The notes beneath the pieces are model-generated. The model was not told the origin of the DNA, ran no database searches, and saw nothing but the letters and a program-made list of their open reading frames with translations. This document shows positions 25,653-38,200 of a stretch of DNA of 64,000 nucleotides, piece after piece. The position numbers were made by a program, and so were the translations under genes. Position 1 is the stretch's first letter, and every line of letters begins with the position of its first letter. Source of the stretch: Octopus vulgaris (lineage: Eukaryota); NCBI GenBank assembly GCA_951406725.2, contig OX597827.1:20894001-20958000 (forward strand), given 5' to 3'.

Positions 25653-28143
25653 TTAATAGTCGTATCTTAAGTTAGAAGCAATCAGTCTTCTCTACAGAAT
25701 GGGTAATATGTCAGAGTGCATATATGAGAGAGTGTAAGGGATCTGAGAGGAAGACTGGGTATGTATAGTATCAGGTGTAGTGTGCAAGAGAGAAGAGACT
25801 GCACTGGTGTGGCCATGTGATGCACATAAATGAAGACAGTTGCACCAAGAGGTGCTGATCTCTAATTGTGGAGGGAACATGTGGAAGGGGTAGACCCAGG
25901 AAGATGTGAGATGAAATGGTGAGAAAGGATCCTCAGACGTTGGGCCTCACAGAGTGGATGACGGGAACAGAGACTCCTGGCAGTTTGCTATGATTGAGAA
26001 GATATGTTAAGCTGAGTAAAATCATGGTTGTGCTTTCATACCGGAATGTCCCCTGCATCCCTCTTGAGCCCAATGATTCTAATCTTCTGGGCTTGTGGGT
26101 GCTGGTGCCATGTAAAAAGCACCTGTGGTGGTGCCACATAAATGCACCCATGCTGGGGCTGTGTGAAAGCATCCAGTAAAGTGGTTAGCATTAGGAAGGG
26201 CATCCAACCAGGGAAACCATAACAAAACCAGTATGGGGCCCATGCAGCTCTTGAGCTGGTCAGCTCCTGTCAAAACGTCGAACCCATGCCAGCATGAAAA
26301 ACAGACTTTAAATTACGATGGTGATTAAGTTAGTGGCAACCTGTTGTGGGATTCAAAAGATCAGGTTTAAAACAATAAATGCAAATGTGCAACCGCTTCC
26401 ATGACCAGTACATATTAGACTGGGACACAATCATCCAGAAAGCAAATGCCCTAACACTGGGAATGAATCGGTTCAGATACCCTAATGAATTCTAGCCAAA
26501 TGGTAAGGTCAGTGCAAGCATATTTAATGTGGTGAGGCAAGAAATTTGAATTAATTTAAAGTATATTTTTTTAGTGATAAGAAATGAATAAAACACTGGC
26601 AGAGAGAAATGTAATACATTCTTGTATTTAATATTTTTTAGTGGGTAGAATCGATAGCACGACAGGCAGAACGCTTGGTGGCATTTCTTCTGCCTTTACA
26701 TTCTGAGTTCAAATTCCACCAAGGTTGACTTTGCCTTTCATCCTTTCAGGGTTGATAAAATAAGTACCAGTTGTGTACTAGAGTCCATGTAATCGATTAG
26801 CACCCCCTCCCCCAGCCATGAAATCACTGGCCTTGTGCTAGAATTTGAAACCAATATTTTTATTTGCTAAGATGATGGCTCCAGAACAAATGTTGGACAA
26901 TTCAGTTCAAGATACATGTCTGCAAAAATAAAAAGTATGTGATAGTAACATCCGGAACATCTTTGATTTACCAAAACAAGGTTGATCTGAAGCTAAGCAA
27001 GAACAACAGGCCATCTACCTGATAAGCAATTGCCCACTCCTGAACTTTCTACACCATTTAAGAAACTCACAACTGAGATGTGGACCTTATCTATCTGGTG
27101 CTGTGACCCTTCTTCTCCTTTAGATTTCTTGAATTTCTTTTTCTTTTTACCTGTTTGGCCTGAAGGAAGGGACCATGGTCGGAGGGAAGGGACCCAAATA
27201 CCTTTCAGAACTAGTAATATTGACACAGCAGAGGCAAGCAGACGGATTCATTCACAGACTGGACAAAATGCTTTGTGGAATTTCCTCCGTCTTTACTTTC
27301 TGAGTTCAAATTCTGTCAAGGACAAGTTGGCTTTCATCCTTTTAGGGTCAATAAAATAAATACCAGCTGAGTACTTGGGTTGATGTAATTGACTCGCCCC
27401 AACCCCACAAATAAAAAAAAAATGCTGGCCTTGTGCCAAAATTTGAAATCAATACTGATACAGCAGTTCATGTTTCTATTGAACTGATAGCTGCAAAAAT
27501 CCACTGGTAAGAATGGAATTTCAAAGAATCAAAATTCTGGGACAACTGACTGAATTGAGAGTGTGGGGCATGGAAGGGTGGGAATCTTCTGACTAAGAAA
27601 GTTCATAGTTAAAGAAAAAACATTATTGGTGATGAAAGATAAAGAGCCGAGTTATGAGTGCTTGAGAGGAGATGGTATGGCAGCAACTAGGAGACAAGAG
27701 CACTGCAGTAGCAGGCAGGTAGACAGGGAGGGGGGATGGAGAGAGAGGTAGGTAGGTAGGTAAGATAGACAGATAAATAGATAGAGAGAGAGGGGGCAGA
27801 GTGACAGACAGACAGAAAGAAAGGTATAGAGAAGCGTGAAACCACATGTCTGTAGAGCAGAGAATAATATGTATTGATGTGTGATTTCATTCCAATTAAC
27901 CTTTTGAGGAATATAGAATCCTTCCTCTCAACACTTCTATCTTATTCCCTCAATCCTATATTGATAGTTGTGAAGGATTAAGTTCTAAGGAACCAGGGTG
28001 GGATGTGTGACCCTTGTGAGCAGCAAGGGTACACTGAACTGTTTCGTTAGATCCCACTATTGAAGTCAAGTTTTCCTTTGAGTTTGAGCCATGAGAGGAG
28101 GGTTAACAAAGTATCAATACTTTTATCCTGCCCCTCATATACC

Positions 28144-28556
28144 TATTTCTTTACTACCCACAAGGGGCTAAACACAGAGAGGACAAACAAGGACAGGCAA
28201 ACGAATTAAGTCAATTATATCGACCCCAGTGCGTAACTGGTACTTATTTAATCGACCCCAAAAGGATGAAAGGCAAAGTTGACCTCGGCGGAATTTGAAC
28301 TCAGAATGTAGCGGCAGACGAAATACCTATTTCATTACTACCCACAAGGGGCTAAACACAGAAAGGACAAACAAGGACAGACAAATGGATTAAGTCGATT
28401 ATATCGATCCCTAGTGTGTAACTGGTACTTATTTAATCAACCCCGAAAGGATGAAAGGCAAAGTCGACCTCAGCGGAATTTGAACTCAGAACGTAATGGC
28501 AGACAAAATACCGCTAAGCATTTTGCCCAGTGTGCTAACGATTCTGCCAGCTTGCC
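28144..28556 (-). mobile_element. SINE family A, tandem dimer
   Basis: Body duplicated; ~15-bp imperfect TSD ending TACC. Confidence 0.85.
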
Positions 28557-29548
28557 TGTCCCTTATATACCATTACCTCATTCTTCATATAACTCTACCT
28601 TGCTTGGCATGCAACTTTGCTCTCCTCCTTATTACTTTATCCAGCTTTTCATTAATTCTCCTTAACCCAGCCCTAATCCCTATGTAAATTTGTCTGTGTA
28701 GATTAACATCATTAATCATACAAAATTATCTCGTTCTGTCTCCCACCATTTCGATGAAACTGGAAAAGGTTAGAAACATTGAACCATCTCTCAGACTAAT
28801 TAATAAAAGACAACGTACAAGAAGATTGGAATCTTTCCAGCAACAGAAACTATGATCCTTTGTCAATACTAAATACGAATCCTGAATGCCAAAGTGGTCT
28901 TGGATAGGGGCAGAGGAGGCAGCGTTTAGCAATGGTTTATCAGAAAGCACTCAAAATACATTGGATACTTTTTAAAATATTTATGTCAAATATTTTACCC
29001 TTTATTTGTTCAATATTTTAACATTTGTTACCCTTTTATCTCTCTCTCTCTCTCATTCACTATCACTTTCTCATTCAACCTCTCTCTCTCAATACTTTGC
29101 TGAATAAAAGTATAACAGTTTATAACAACACAATGAATTCTCACTTTTCGCATCATAGAGAGCAACTTTCAAGGGAGATAATGACATCACAAACGCATCA
29201 AAGGCTGCTGTAACTTCATCACTTATAATTTGATGGTAACATTTTCTTAGAATTCATTTAATAATGTCTTATCACTAATCCTTCCCCTGACAGGAACATT
29301 GATGTGATAATTCAATTATGGATTAAATGATCAATTACATTTAATTAGACATCCATAAACTTACCATCCTCTTCACACTTATGTTCATTCTGGCCTCTTC
29401 ATTCCAAACGACAAAGATTTATTTTACCTCAATGCCAGGAGGACAGAATATTTAGTCTACAAGAAAGACTGATGACAAACCTACTCAGATCTGTTGAAAG
29501 TGACCCTCTCCACCAATGGCCCGAAGTGTGTGTCTAACTTCAAGTACC

Positions 29549-29963
29549 TATTTCTTTACTACCCACAACGGGCTAAACACAGAGAGGACAAACAAGGACA
29601 GACAAACGGATCAAGCCGATTACATCGACCCCAGTGCGTAACTGGTACTTAATTTATCGACCCCGAAAGGATGAAAGGCAAAGTCGACCTCAGTGGAATT
29701 TGAACTCAGAACGTAGCGGCAGACGAAATACCTATTTCTTTCCTACCCACAAGGGGCTAAACACAGAGAGGACAAACAAGGACAGACAAATGGATTAAGA
29801 CGATTACATCGACCCCAGTGCGTAACTGGTACTTAATTTATCGACCCCGAAAGGATGAAAGGCAAAGTCGACCTCGGCGGAATTTGAACTCAGAACGTAG
29901 TGGCAGATGAAATACCACTGAGCATTTCGCCCGGCGTGCTAACAATTCTGCCAGCTCGCCGCC
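29549..29963 (-). mobile_element. SINE family A, tandem dimer
   Basis: 184-bp unit duplicated; TSD AACTYCAAGTACC. Confidence 0.88.
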
Positions 29964-30934
29964 AACTCCAAGTACCCTGGATGGTTCACGATGGGTTCAG
30001 AGAGAGAGAGACATTAAAGTGTGTGGAGGTCTTGCATGGTAAGTATGGATTGTTATGAAGACCAGCTGGACTTCCAACTTCTCCAGGCAGCCCAAGAAGA
30101 GAATTTTCATGGCAGCAATTGCAACAATCCTATTTCTAGGAGTGTGGAACTTGGAGCCTGACCAGGTCCATCGGCAGAATCCTTCACTGCTTGCTACATG
30201 TGGAAAGTCCAGATGGCCTTCTGTGTTGGATGGAAGCAAAAAGTAAGCAACGAGTGATTCCCACTGTTGACTGATAAGGCAGAAGAAAGACAGCTACAGC
30301 TGGCCTGGCACTGGTTAAAACACCCAAAGTTGCTCTGAGCCAAATCCTCATCTGAGAACCAACTCAAAGTAGAATGAACCATGGACATCCTTCCAAAACA
30401 TGAAAACGGTAATGAAGAACAGCTATGCCACAACCATTAATGAAATTGGGGCATTGAGGAGAGAATGGCACATGTGGAATGTCTATCATCTTATCTGATG
30501 ATGATGATAAGCAGCAGCAGGAGTAGTAGTAGCTAAAGGATGAGAGGGAGAAGGGAGGGAGGAAGAGAAAGAGGTGGCACTATTAATCCTTAATGTGCAA
30601 TTTTGAAAGCAAAGCTGCGTCCTCTTTTACAGCAGTAGTTTGTCCCTACTTTTATAAATTTACCCCCCTATTGTGTATTTTCCAGCTCAGCCGAAGTGGG
30701 TATGTGTGTGTTGGGGGTCAGGGACTCTTTAGTCTTGTGAGTTACGAGGGGACTTCACTAATGCTGGTACCATGAAAAGAAAAAAAAAAGGGGGCACTTT
30801 GTAAAGGGATTGGCATTAGGAAGGGCATCCAGTGGTAAAAATCCTGCTGAAACTGAGAGAAGGGAACATGATGTTGGATCCTGTTTAACAACAGTTCATG
30901 CTATGCCAGCTTGGAGGATGTGAAGTGATGATGA

Positions 30935-30966
<32 letters not shown>

Positions 30967-32089
30967 ATGGTAATGGTGTTGATGTTGGGAGAACAGTGGG
31001 AATGTTAAGACTTTTCTCTTGCAATGGCTAACACTGTTGTGGAAGAGACACACTCTTGTATCTTTTCAAAAATAGAAACAACCAAGATGCCCTCTTAATG
31101 TAAATATCCATTGTAAAGTGAGGACTAGGCATCCAGTGAGAGCAGATACCTGTTATACTTGTGGCCATAATAGCAGAGAAACCTCTTCAGTTGTCTCTAT
31201 TTTAAATAAATAAATCAGAGTATTTTTCTGCCATAATAAATTTCTTAATTCTCGATACGTTAAATAATTCTGAATCAAGCATAAAATTTTACAAAAAAAA
31301 ATCACCCACACCCCACAACCAATTAAATTTGATAATGGAAGAATATTTAGAATTACCAGCTACTGTAAAAAGAAAAAAAAAAATTAAAAATGCATCCCAT
31401 AGCACACATTTGCTGCTAGTAGCAGGGTACCACTATAGCTTTGAATAAAATATTAGTTATTAAATGCTAATCAATACATCTTTTTCTTGTTATCAATTTT
31501 TACGACACATACCTCATTAGTTCACTTTTATTTTCCTTTAAGACATTCCACCAAATAAAGAACATTTGAAGGATGGGAAAAAATTTATTATAATATTCAT
31601 GCTGTAATTATTATTATTCTTATTATTGTTACAACTACTACTACTACTATTACTACCACTTGCACAATCTGTGGAAATCCTGCCTTCAATAAATGTTCTT
31701 ATATCTGTTTTGGCATTTAAATTGGTATATCTTCATTCTATTAAATATTTTGATTTCAATCCAAAGCTGTGGTTCTTAATAACAAACCGAACGATGTTTT
31801 GCATCGTTTTCAGATCTGATTCTTCTGCTTTTTTTAAACAGAGTGGAATAGCCAAGAACTTGAGGTCTGCAACTGTTGTTTATGATCTTAGGGATATGAT
31901 TAACAGAAGCATAAAGGGCTGCGATACAACAAACAGAAGTAACCAAACATCAATTGCCATGGGTTCATCAGCATAGCATCCACTTTTCCATGCTTGCAGG
32001 ATGGACACTCTTGTCCACACGCAATGTCAAGGTGTGGAGACGCTAATACACACACGCATTTAGGTTATGAGGGATTCATAAATAATCAA

Positions 32090-32507
32090 GGATCTTTTCG
32101 GTTTGAATGGCAGTTTTTTCTAACGGTGTCATATGAAATTGTCACCCATAATTATGACCCTAGTATCAATCTATTGCATTTCAATCTGTTTTAGGGTTAG
32201 GGTTAGGGGTGGGGGAAGGGTATCTTTTTTTCTTCACAAATGTAAATAAACCCAATCTGTTTCTTAAACGAGGGACATATTCATACGGCACAGAATGTTT
32301 TTTTTACCTCAATGGACGTCAGTGATTGGTTGAAATTGCAGAAATTGAAGAAAAACAACAACAAATATCTTGCAAACTATAGAATTTTCTCAATAAAGCC
32401 AAGATAAAAAGATGTTTTATAAACACATTCTACCAGTATACGAAGTTTAAAATTTTTTAGTTACCTAGAAATTATGTTAAAAACTGCCGTTCAAACCGAA
32501 AAGATCC
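32090..32507. mobile_element. 418-bp MITE with ~29-bp TIRs (GGATCTTTTCGGTTTGAAYGGCAGTTTT), 8-bp TSD ATAATCAA
   Basis: TIRs and TSD read directly; internal (TTAGGG)3. Confidence 0.9.
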
Positions 32508-33613
32508 ATAATCAAGGCACATCAACATGTAGCATGCCACTGATTTGGACCAGACAGAATCAGGCAGAGCAGTCTGTAGAGTAATCGATTGTCACCAGAG
32601 AAAACAAGACAGTGCCATTGAGTAACCTTTAATTCTAAAGGTTTACAAATTCTTCAACAAAGAACAAAACATTGAGCATGGCATAAAGTAAGAATAAGCA
32701 AAGAAATGAATAGATTTGAAATGCTACGAAAATTGTTTCACTCAGAATCTATTTCAACTGTTTTCTGACAAACCAAAGAATGTGTGTGTCTGTGTATGTT
32801 CCCCCACCTTGGGCAAGTGTCTACTACTAGAGCCTCAGGTCAACCAAAGCCTTGTGATAGGATTTGGTAGATGGAAACTGAAAGAAGCCTATCGTATATA
32901 TGTATATTTATGTGTGTTTGTGTGTCTGTGTTTGTCCCCCCCCCCCAACATCGCTTGACAACCGATATTGGTATGTTTACATCCCCGTAGCTTAGCGGTT
33001 CGGCAAAAATACCTGATAGAATAAGTACCAGGCTTACAAAGAATAAGTCCAGGGGTCAATTTCTTTGACTAAAAAGGTGGTGCTTCAGCATGGCCACAGT
33101 CAAATGGCTGAAACAAGTAATACAATAAAAGAATAATATATACTAGAAAGTCCGTCATCTGTAATCTCTTTTAAGTAGAAAACAACACCCAACTCTGACT
33201 CTGACACTGACCAAGCCCGGCCAACGACATTTTCTTCCACCCACTCCCTCACTTTCTCTCTCTCCCTTCCTCTGACTTTCCTCCCCTTCCTTGGCTCGCT
33301 TTCCTCCTCCTCCTCCTATTCTTCTTCCCTCGCTTTCCTTCCTCCTCCTCCTTCTTACCTTGTCACTCTTCAGGTGTGTTAACCCAATTTAAATACATAC
33401 ACATATTTGTCAAGTTAGGAATTTTTCGTTAATTATTAATTTCATATTTTATTTTATTTGCTTTAAATAATTAATTGATAAACTAGTTTCCTTGGCCTTA
33501 ATTAAAAGGAAGCTTAAGACCTCATTGATCAGTTATATAGGTAGAGAACAATCACTGTCAGGTGTTACAGGTATGTTGATTGTGTGAAACTTTTACCTAA
33601 ACTTCCTGCAATC

Positions 33614-33683
33614 ATGGCGTCCGTCTTCTCTCTCACAGTCCTCTTGATATTGGCATCGATTTTAGTGTCACAATCGGAAGCTG
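33614..33683 (+). CDS. Transferrin-like exon 1, signal peptide [23 protein letters not shown]
   Basis: ATG in ATCATGG context, hydrophobic core, SEA cleavage site, phase-1 donor G|gtaagt matching exon 2. Confidence 0.8.
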
Positions 33684-35241
33684 GTAAGTCAACGACTACA
33701 AACTTCTTTCTGTTTATTTTAGTTGTTTTACAAATATAATATAATGAAATGAAATTATTGTATACAGTGCTCAGGTGCACCACAAATATATCTATGTGTG
33801 TGTGTTTGTGTACATATATATGTCTATATAATGTTTAAAAATATATATATTTTGGAATAGCTGTCCCACCTTAAGAGGGGAAAAAATAGACGTGGGATTG
33901 GGAACAAAAGGAAAAACAATTTCAATTGTTTTTGAGGAAAAAAATATTCTTTCGGAATCGTAATTTCCGTTGTATGAATGACAGGAATACGAACTGAAGA
34001 GACCCCCTAAACTCCACCTAATCCCATGTCCTTTTCTTGTCTGGTCAGGTAACGACAGCTATTCCATAAGTCTGCCTTAAAACTGTTTAACGAAATTTGA
34101 AATAACCTCACAAACAAATACGAGAAAGACCCACTAACTACTTCAATTCATTTTTGCTTCAACTGACCTATTTATTGTAGTGTTACCGTCATTCGATGGC
34201 TTTCTCATTTCTTTTAAGGTTCCTAATTATAATTGAGGGTGATAAGAATTTCAGTATTGTATTTTGATTTTCTCTCGAAGTTTTAGATTCGATGATGACC
34301 AAGGGCACAGATATATGTGTTTAAAAAGACAAAGGCGATCTTTACTTTTAGGTTCACGTTTTAAAGGTATGTCGTTTGAATGTGGACACCTGTTTGGGTT
34401 AAACTAAAGCGTTAAACCACTGTTTGTACATGTGAGATGAATAACTTTTTAATACTCATCCTCCTCGTTCTAGCAAGTACACAGACACATACGGGTGCGC
34501 GTGTTTACATTTTAAATTGTAATTGGTAAAAAGTTATAAAAGTGACTTGGGCGAAGGTAAAGAAAACGCACACCACCCGTTTTCGGCGGTTAGGGTTACG
34601 CCAAAAATGGGTGGTGTGCGTATTCTTTACCTCTGCCGTGACTTGAGTGCTGTAAGTTTCGTGCTGGGTACTCGTTATTATTATCCCCATTCATTTAACA
34701 TTCGCTTTTCCCAGCTTGCGTGGGTCAGACGGAATTCGTTGAGACAGATTCGCTCCAGTCAGATGCCTTTCCTGTCACCAACCTTCACCTCTTTCCAAGT
34801 AAGATAATGTGTTTTATGTCCGAACACATTTTCAGGGAGGTCTGGAAACAAGGGACAACATTTGCATGGCCGTGTGGCTCGTTTGCAACTTTCCCATGAT
34901 GTGAAGACAAGGTGGCACAACTACGTAAACGAGTGCTCGCGTATATGACGGACTTGTTTCATGTGGCTTTGGTTGGCCCATTGCAATGGTACAAGAAATT
35001 TGCCCAGCACTGAAACTGAACCACAAAACTTGCTGTTGGAAAGCAAACTTCTTACCCACACCTATATCCAAAATTAAGACAAACACCATTCCGCCATGTG
35101 ATCAGCTTGAAAAATTGTTGAGATATTAAGATATTTTCCTATTTTTCTTAACATGAAACCAATGGTAGCCTTAATTCACAAATAAAGAAATTCTATCCAC
35201 CAATCCGGAGTTGAGCATTCATTGTCATCGTTTGACATTTA

Positions 35242-35287
<46 letters not shown>

Positions 35288-38200
35288 GGGAGAGTTAACA
35301 AAAGATGAAGACAGGTGGTGTACAAAACAAACAGATGTATTAGTATAACGCTCAGGAATTGAAAAAGTCTTTTACGTTTTGAGCCTACGCTCTTCTACAG
35401 AAAGGGACACAGAAAAAACAAGGAGAGAAAAAAGGCTGTTTGCTGTCTCCCACTTTTGTCTTTTCTTTCTATTGCTACTCTAATGGTCTCTGCTTCCTGA
35501 AGCTGGCTGGATTCATACTGCCACCACTCTGGCATCATCCTTCCACTTGTATCACCAACCCTCAACAACCTTTGGGCATCCAACTATCCTTTCCCAATCC
35601 TAACAATTTATTGAGGACTAATATGGGAGAAAGTGAGGACATTCTCTGGGAAACTGGACATTGTCAAGGATGAGCTATCTTGGAGGACTTTTGGCTCAGA
35701 ATTATGAACAATTTCCAGAAATGCTTGGCCTGTCAGTACTTTTGGGGTGGTTTCACTTGTTCAAAATTAATTCTGCTAGCATGGAAGTAGCATCAACCAT
35801 TCTTTATCCACTTGTTCAGTATCTATTCCTGATTTGTGAAATTATGTCAACCAAATATTGTTATGAATGTATCCCTTGTCCCTTATAAAGATCTGTAGAA
35901 TTTCTTCCTCTTTGTTTTAAAAAATGTAGATGTAAGGAAACAAGAAAAGCATCCGAACAATATATATAACTCTTTATTCGCGTATATGTGAAATGTACAT
36001 TTGGTCAGTCAGCAACCACACAGCAAATCTGGAGTTAATCAAAACACATCTACAGTGTTCAACGGCCGCGTCCTGAGTCTCCAACGCAAGCAAGGAACGC
36101 GACAGAACTTTTTCCGTCAGTCTTTTAGCGCATGTGCATGAGGGAACCTTCGCAGGCCTTCTAGAAGATTCCAACCCCACACGCGCGCACTGAAGACTGT
36201 CAAGATGACGTCACTACAAGGCTCCCCTTCGAGTGTGGAAGCACGAAACAAAAAAAAAAATATTGTAGTGGCTCCAGAAAATAAGGTGGTTACCAAATCA
36301 CCAAAAACATGTGGCACACAATATGACAACACAAAATAAAATTTACAATACAAACAAGCATGCACCAAAGAAAGAAACAATACAAAAAAAAACCAAAACA
36401 AAGTTCAATAAGTATTGTAACTGTCACTGGAAACACAATTGAGAATGTCAAACATAAATAGTCTTTGTAAGTTTCTTTGGCCAGTGAACAGTTCTGCCTG
36501 ACCTCGTAACATAAGGTTTGTTTGAGGCAGGCTGCATCATCAAAGGTGGTGTTGATAAAGGTGTAAGTGGTGGTGTTGTCAAAGGTGCATGTGTAAGTGG
36601 TGGTGTTGTCAAAGGTGCATGTGAAGGTTCAAAGATGGTTGTGGTAGTGGTGTCATCAAAAGATGTGGACACCTCAAAATATGCCCTTTTAAGACGATCT
36701 ACAGAGATGGTCTCTGAACAACCATTAATGTCAAGTTTGAATATTTCGGCGTACTGGAAAGCACACGAAAAGGTCCTTTATAAGGAGAAACAAGAAATTC
36801 AGTCCACGACTGTGGATTCGGCGAGGCATGCAACGCAGCCTTAAGTTGCCTGTGGAAACGCTCCACCATCCCATTAGAAGAGAGGATGGTAACTAGTGGT
36901 GCGTATATGATGCACCCCCAGGATTCGTGATAAGTCACGAAATAAAAACAGCTTTGAATTGTCGACCACGATCTGTGGTTAAACTGGACGGCACACCGAA
37001 CCTAGAAATCCAGTTAGACACGAAGGCTTTCGCAACAGTTTCAGCAGAAATGTCTGCTATAGGAATAGCTTCCAGCCAACGTGAGAAACAATCGATACAA
37101 GTTATCGATATGAGAAACCGCGACTCACAGGCCATGGTCCAACCAAATCAAGGTGGAGATGGTGAAAACGGGCCTCAGGAGAAGAAAACTGTCCAAGTGG
37201 AACACGAATGTGTCTTTAGACTTCAAACAAGAGCATGCCCAAGAGGTAATCAATTGCCGCATATTGGGCCAGAAGAACAGAGCAGTAACAAGCTTTACTG
37301 TGGCAGAGATGCCCGGATGTGACAATGAATGAAAGGCATCAAAAACAGAACGTTGATGGTTCTCGGGTTCTAACGGCCTAGGAGAACCAGTGGAGATGTC
37401 ACAAAGAATAGAGCCTTCAGCTGAAGGGTGCGGAAGGTAGGCAAACTTACAATTGATAAACTTGGACGAAGTTAAATCCAACTCTGCTAAAGGTGGTTGA
37501 TCTTGTGAAATAGCAGTTAAGTCAATTGCTGCAGGAGAGGAAATGGAATTGACAGGGAGCCTAGAGAGAGCATCAGCTGGGACGTTCTCCTTCCCTGGCA
37601 CATGTTGAATGTCACTTGTAAACTGAGAAATATAACCCAGGTGACGAAAAGTACGAGGGGAGAGTTTGTCCGTTTTGGAAGATAGGGCAAACGTAAGGGG
37701 CTTGTGATCAGTATAAATCACAAACTCCTGTCCCTCGAGCTGGTGCTGAAAATGCTGAACCGACAGATAGATCGCTAGTAACTCCTGACCAAAAGTACTA
37801 TATCTGCGTTCGGCAGGCTGCAGTTGGCAAGAAAAGAAAGCCAAAGGTTTTGTTCCACCATCTACGGTGTGCTGCAAAACAGCACCAACCGCAGACTCTG
37901 AAGCATCCACAGATAAAGAAAGTTGAGCATCAGGAGCCGGATGTGCTAGAACAGGAACTCAAAGGCAGACAATGCTTCAGCTGAAAGAGTAAGATGGGTA
38001 TCCTTTCTAGAATTGCCCTTTAGCAGCTGCGTTAAAGGAAGCAGCTTGTCCGCACACCGGTTTATGAAGCGTCGATAGAAATTAACTATACCCCAAAAAT
38101 GGCGATGTTGATGCAAAGAAGGAGGTGCGATGCGCTGAATTGCATCGACTTTAGACGAGAGAGGTTTGATTCCACTCGAATCAATACAATGACCGAGAAA

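Noticed and set aside
32191-32220. Telomere or chromosome end
   Set aside because: Only three TTAGGG units, internal to a MITE.
36448-36700. env-like or captured ORF in the LTR element
   Set aside because: It is the Pro/Thr-rich integrase tail (30-bp internal repeat, TRSGRTV motif), with no transmembrane or env features.
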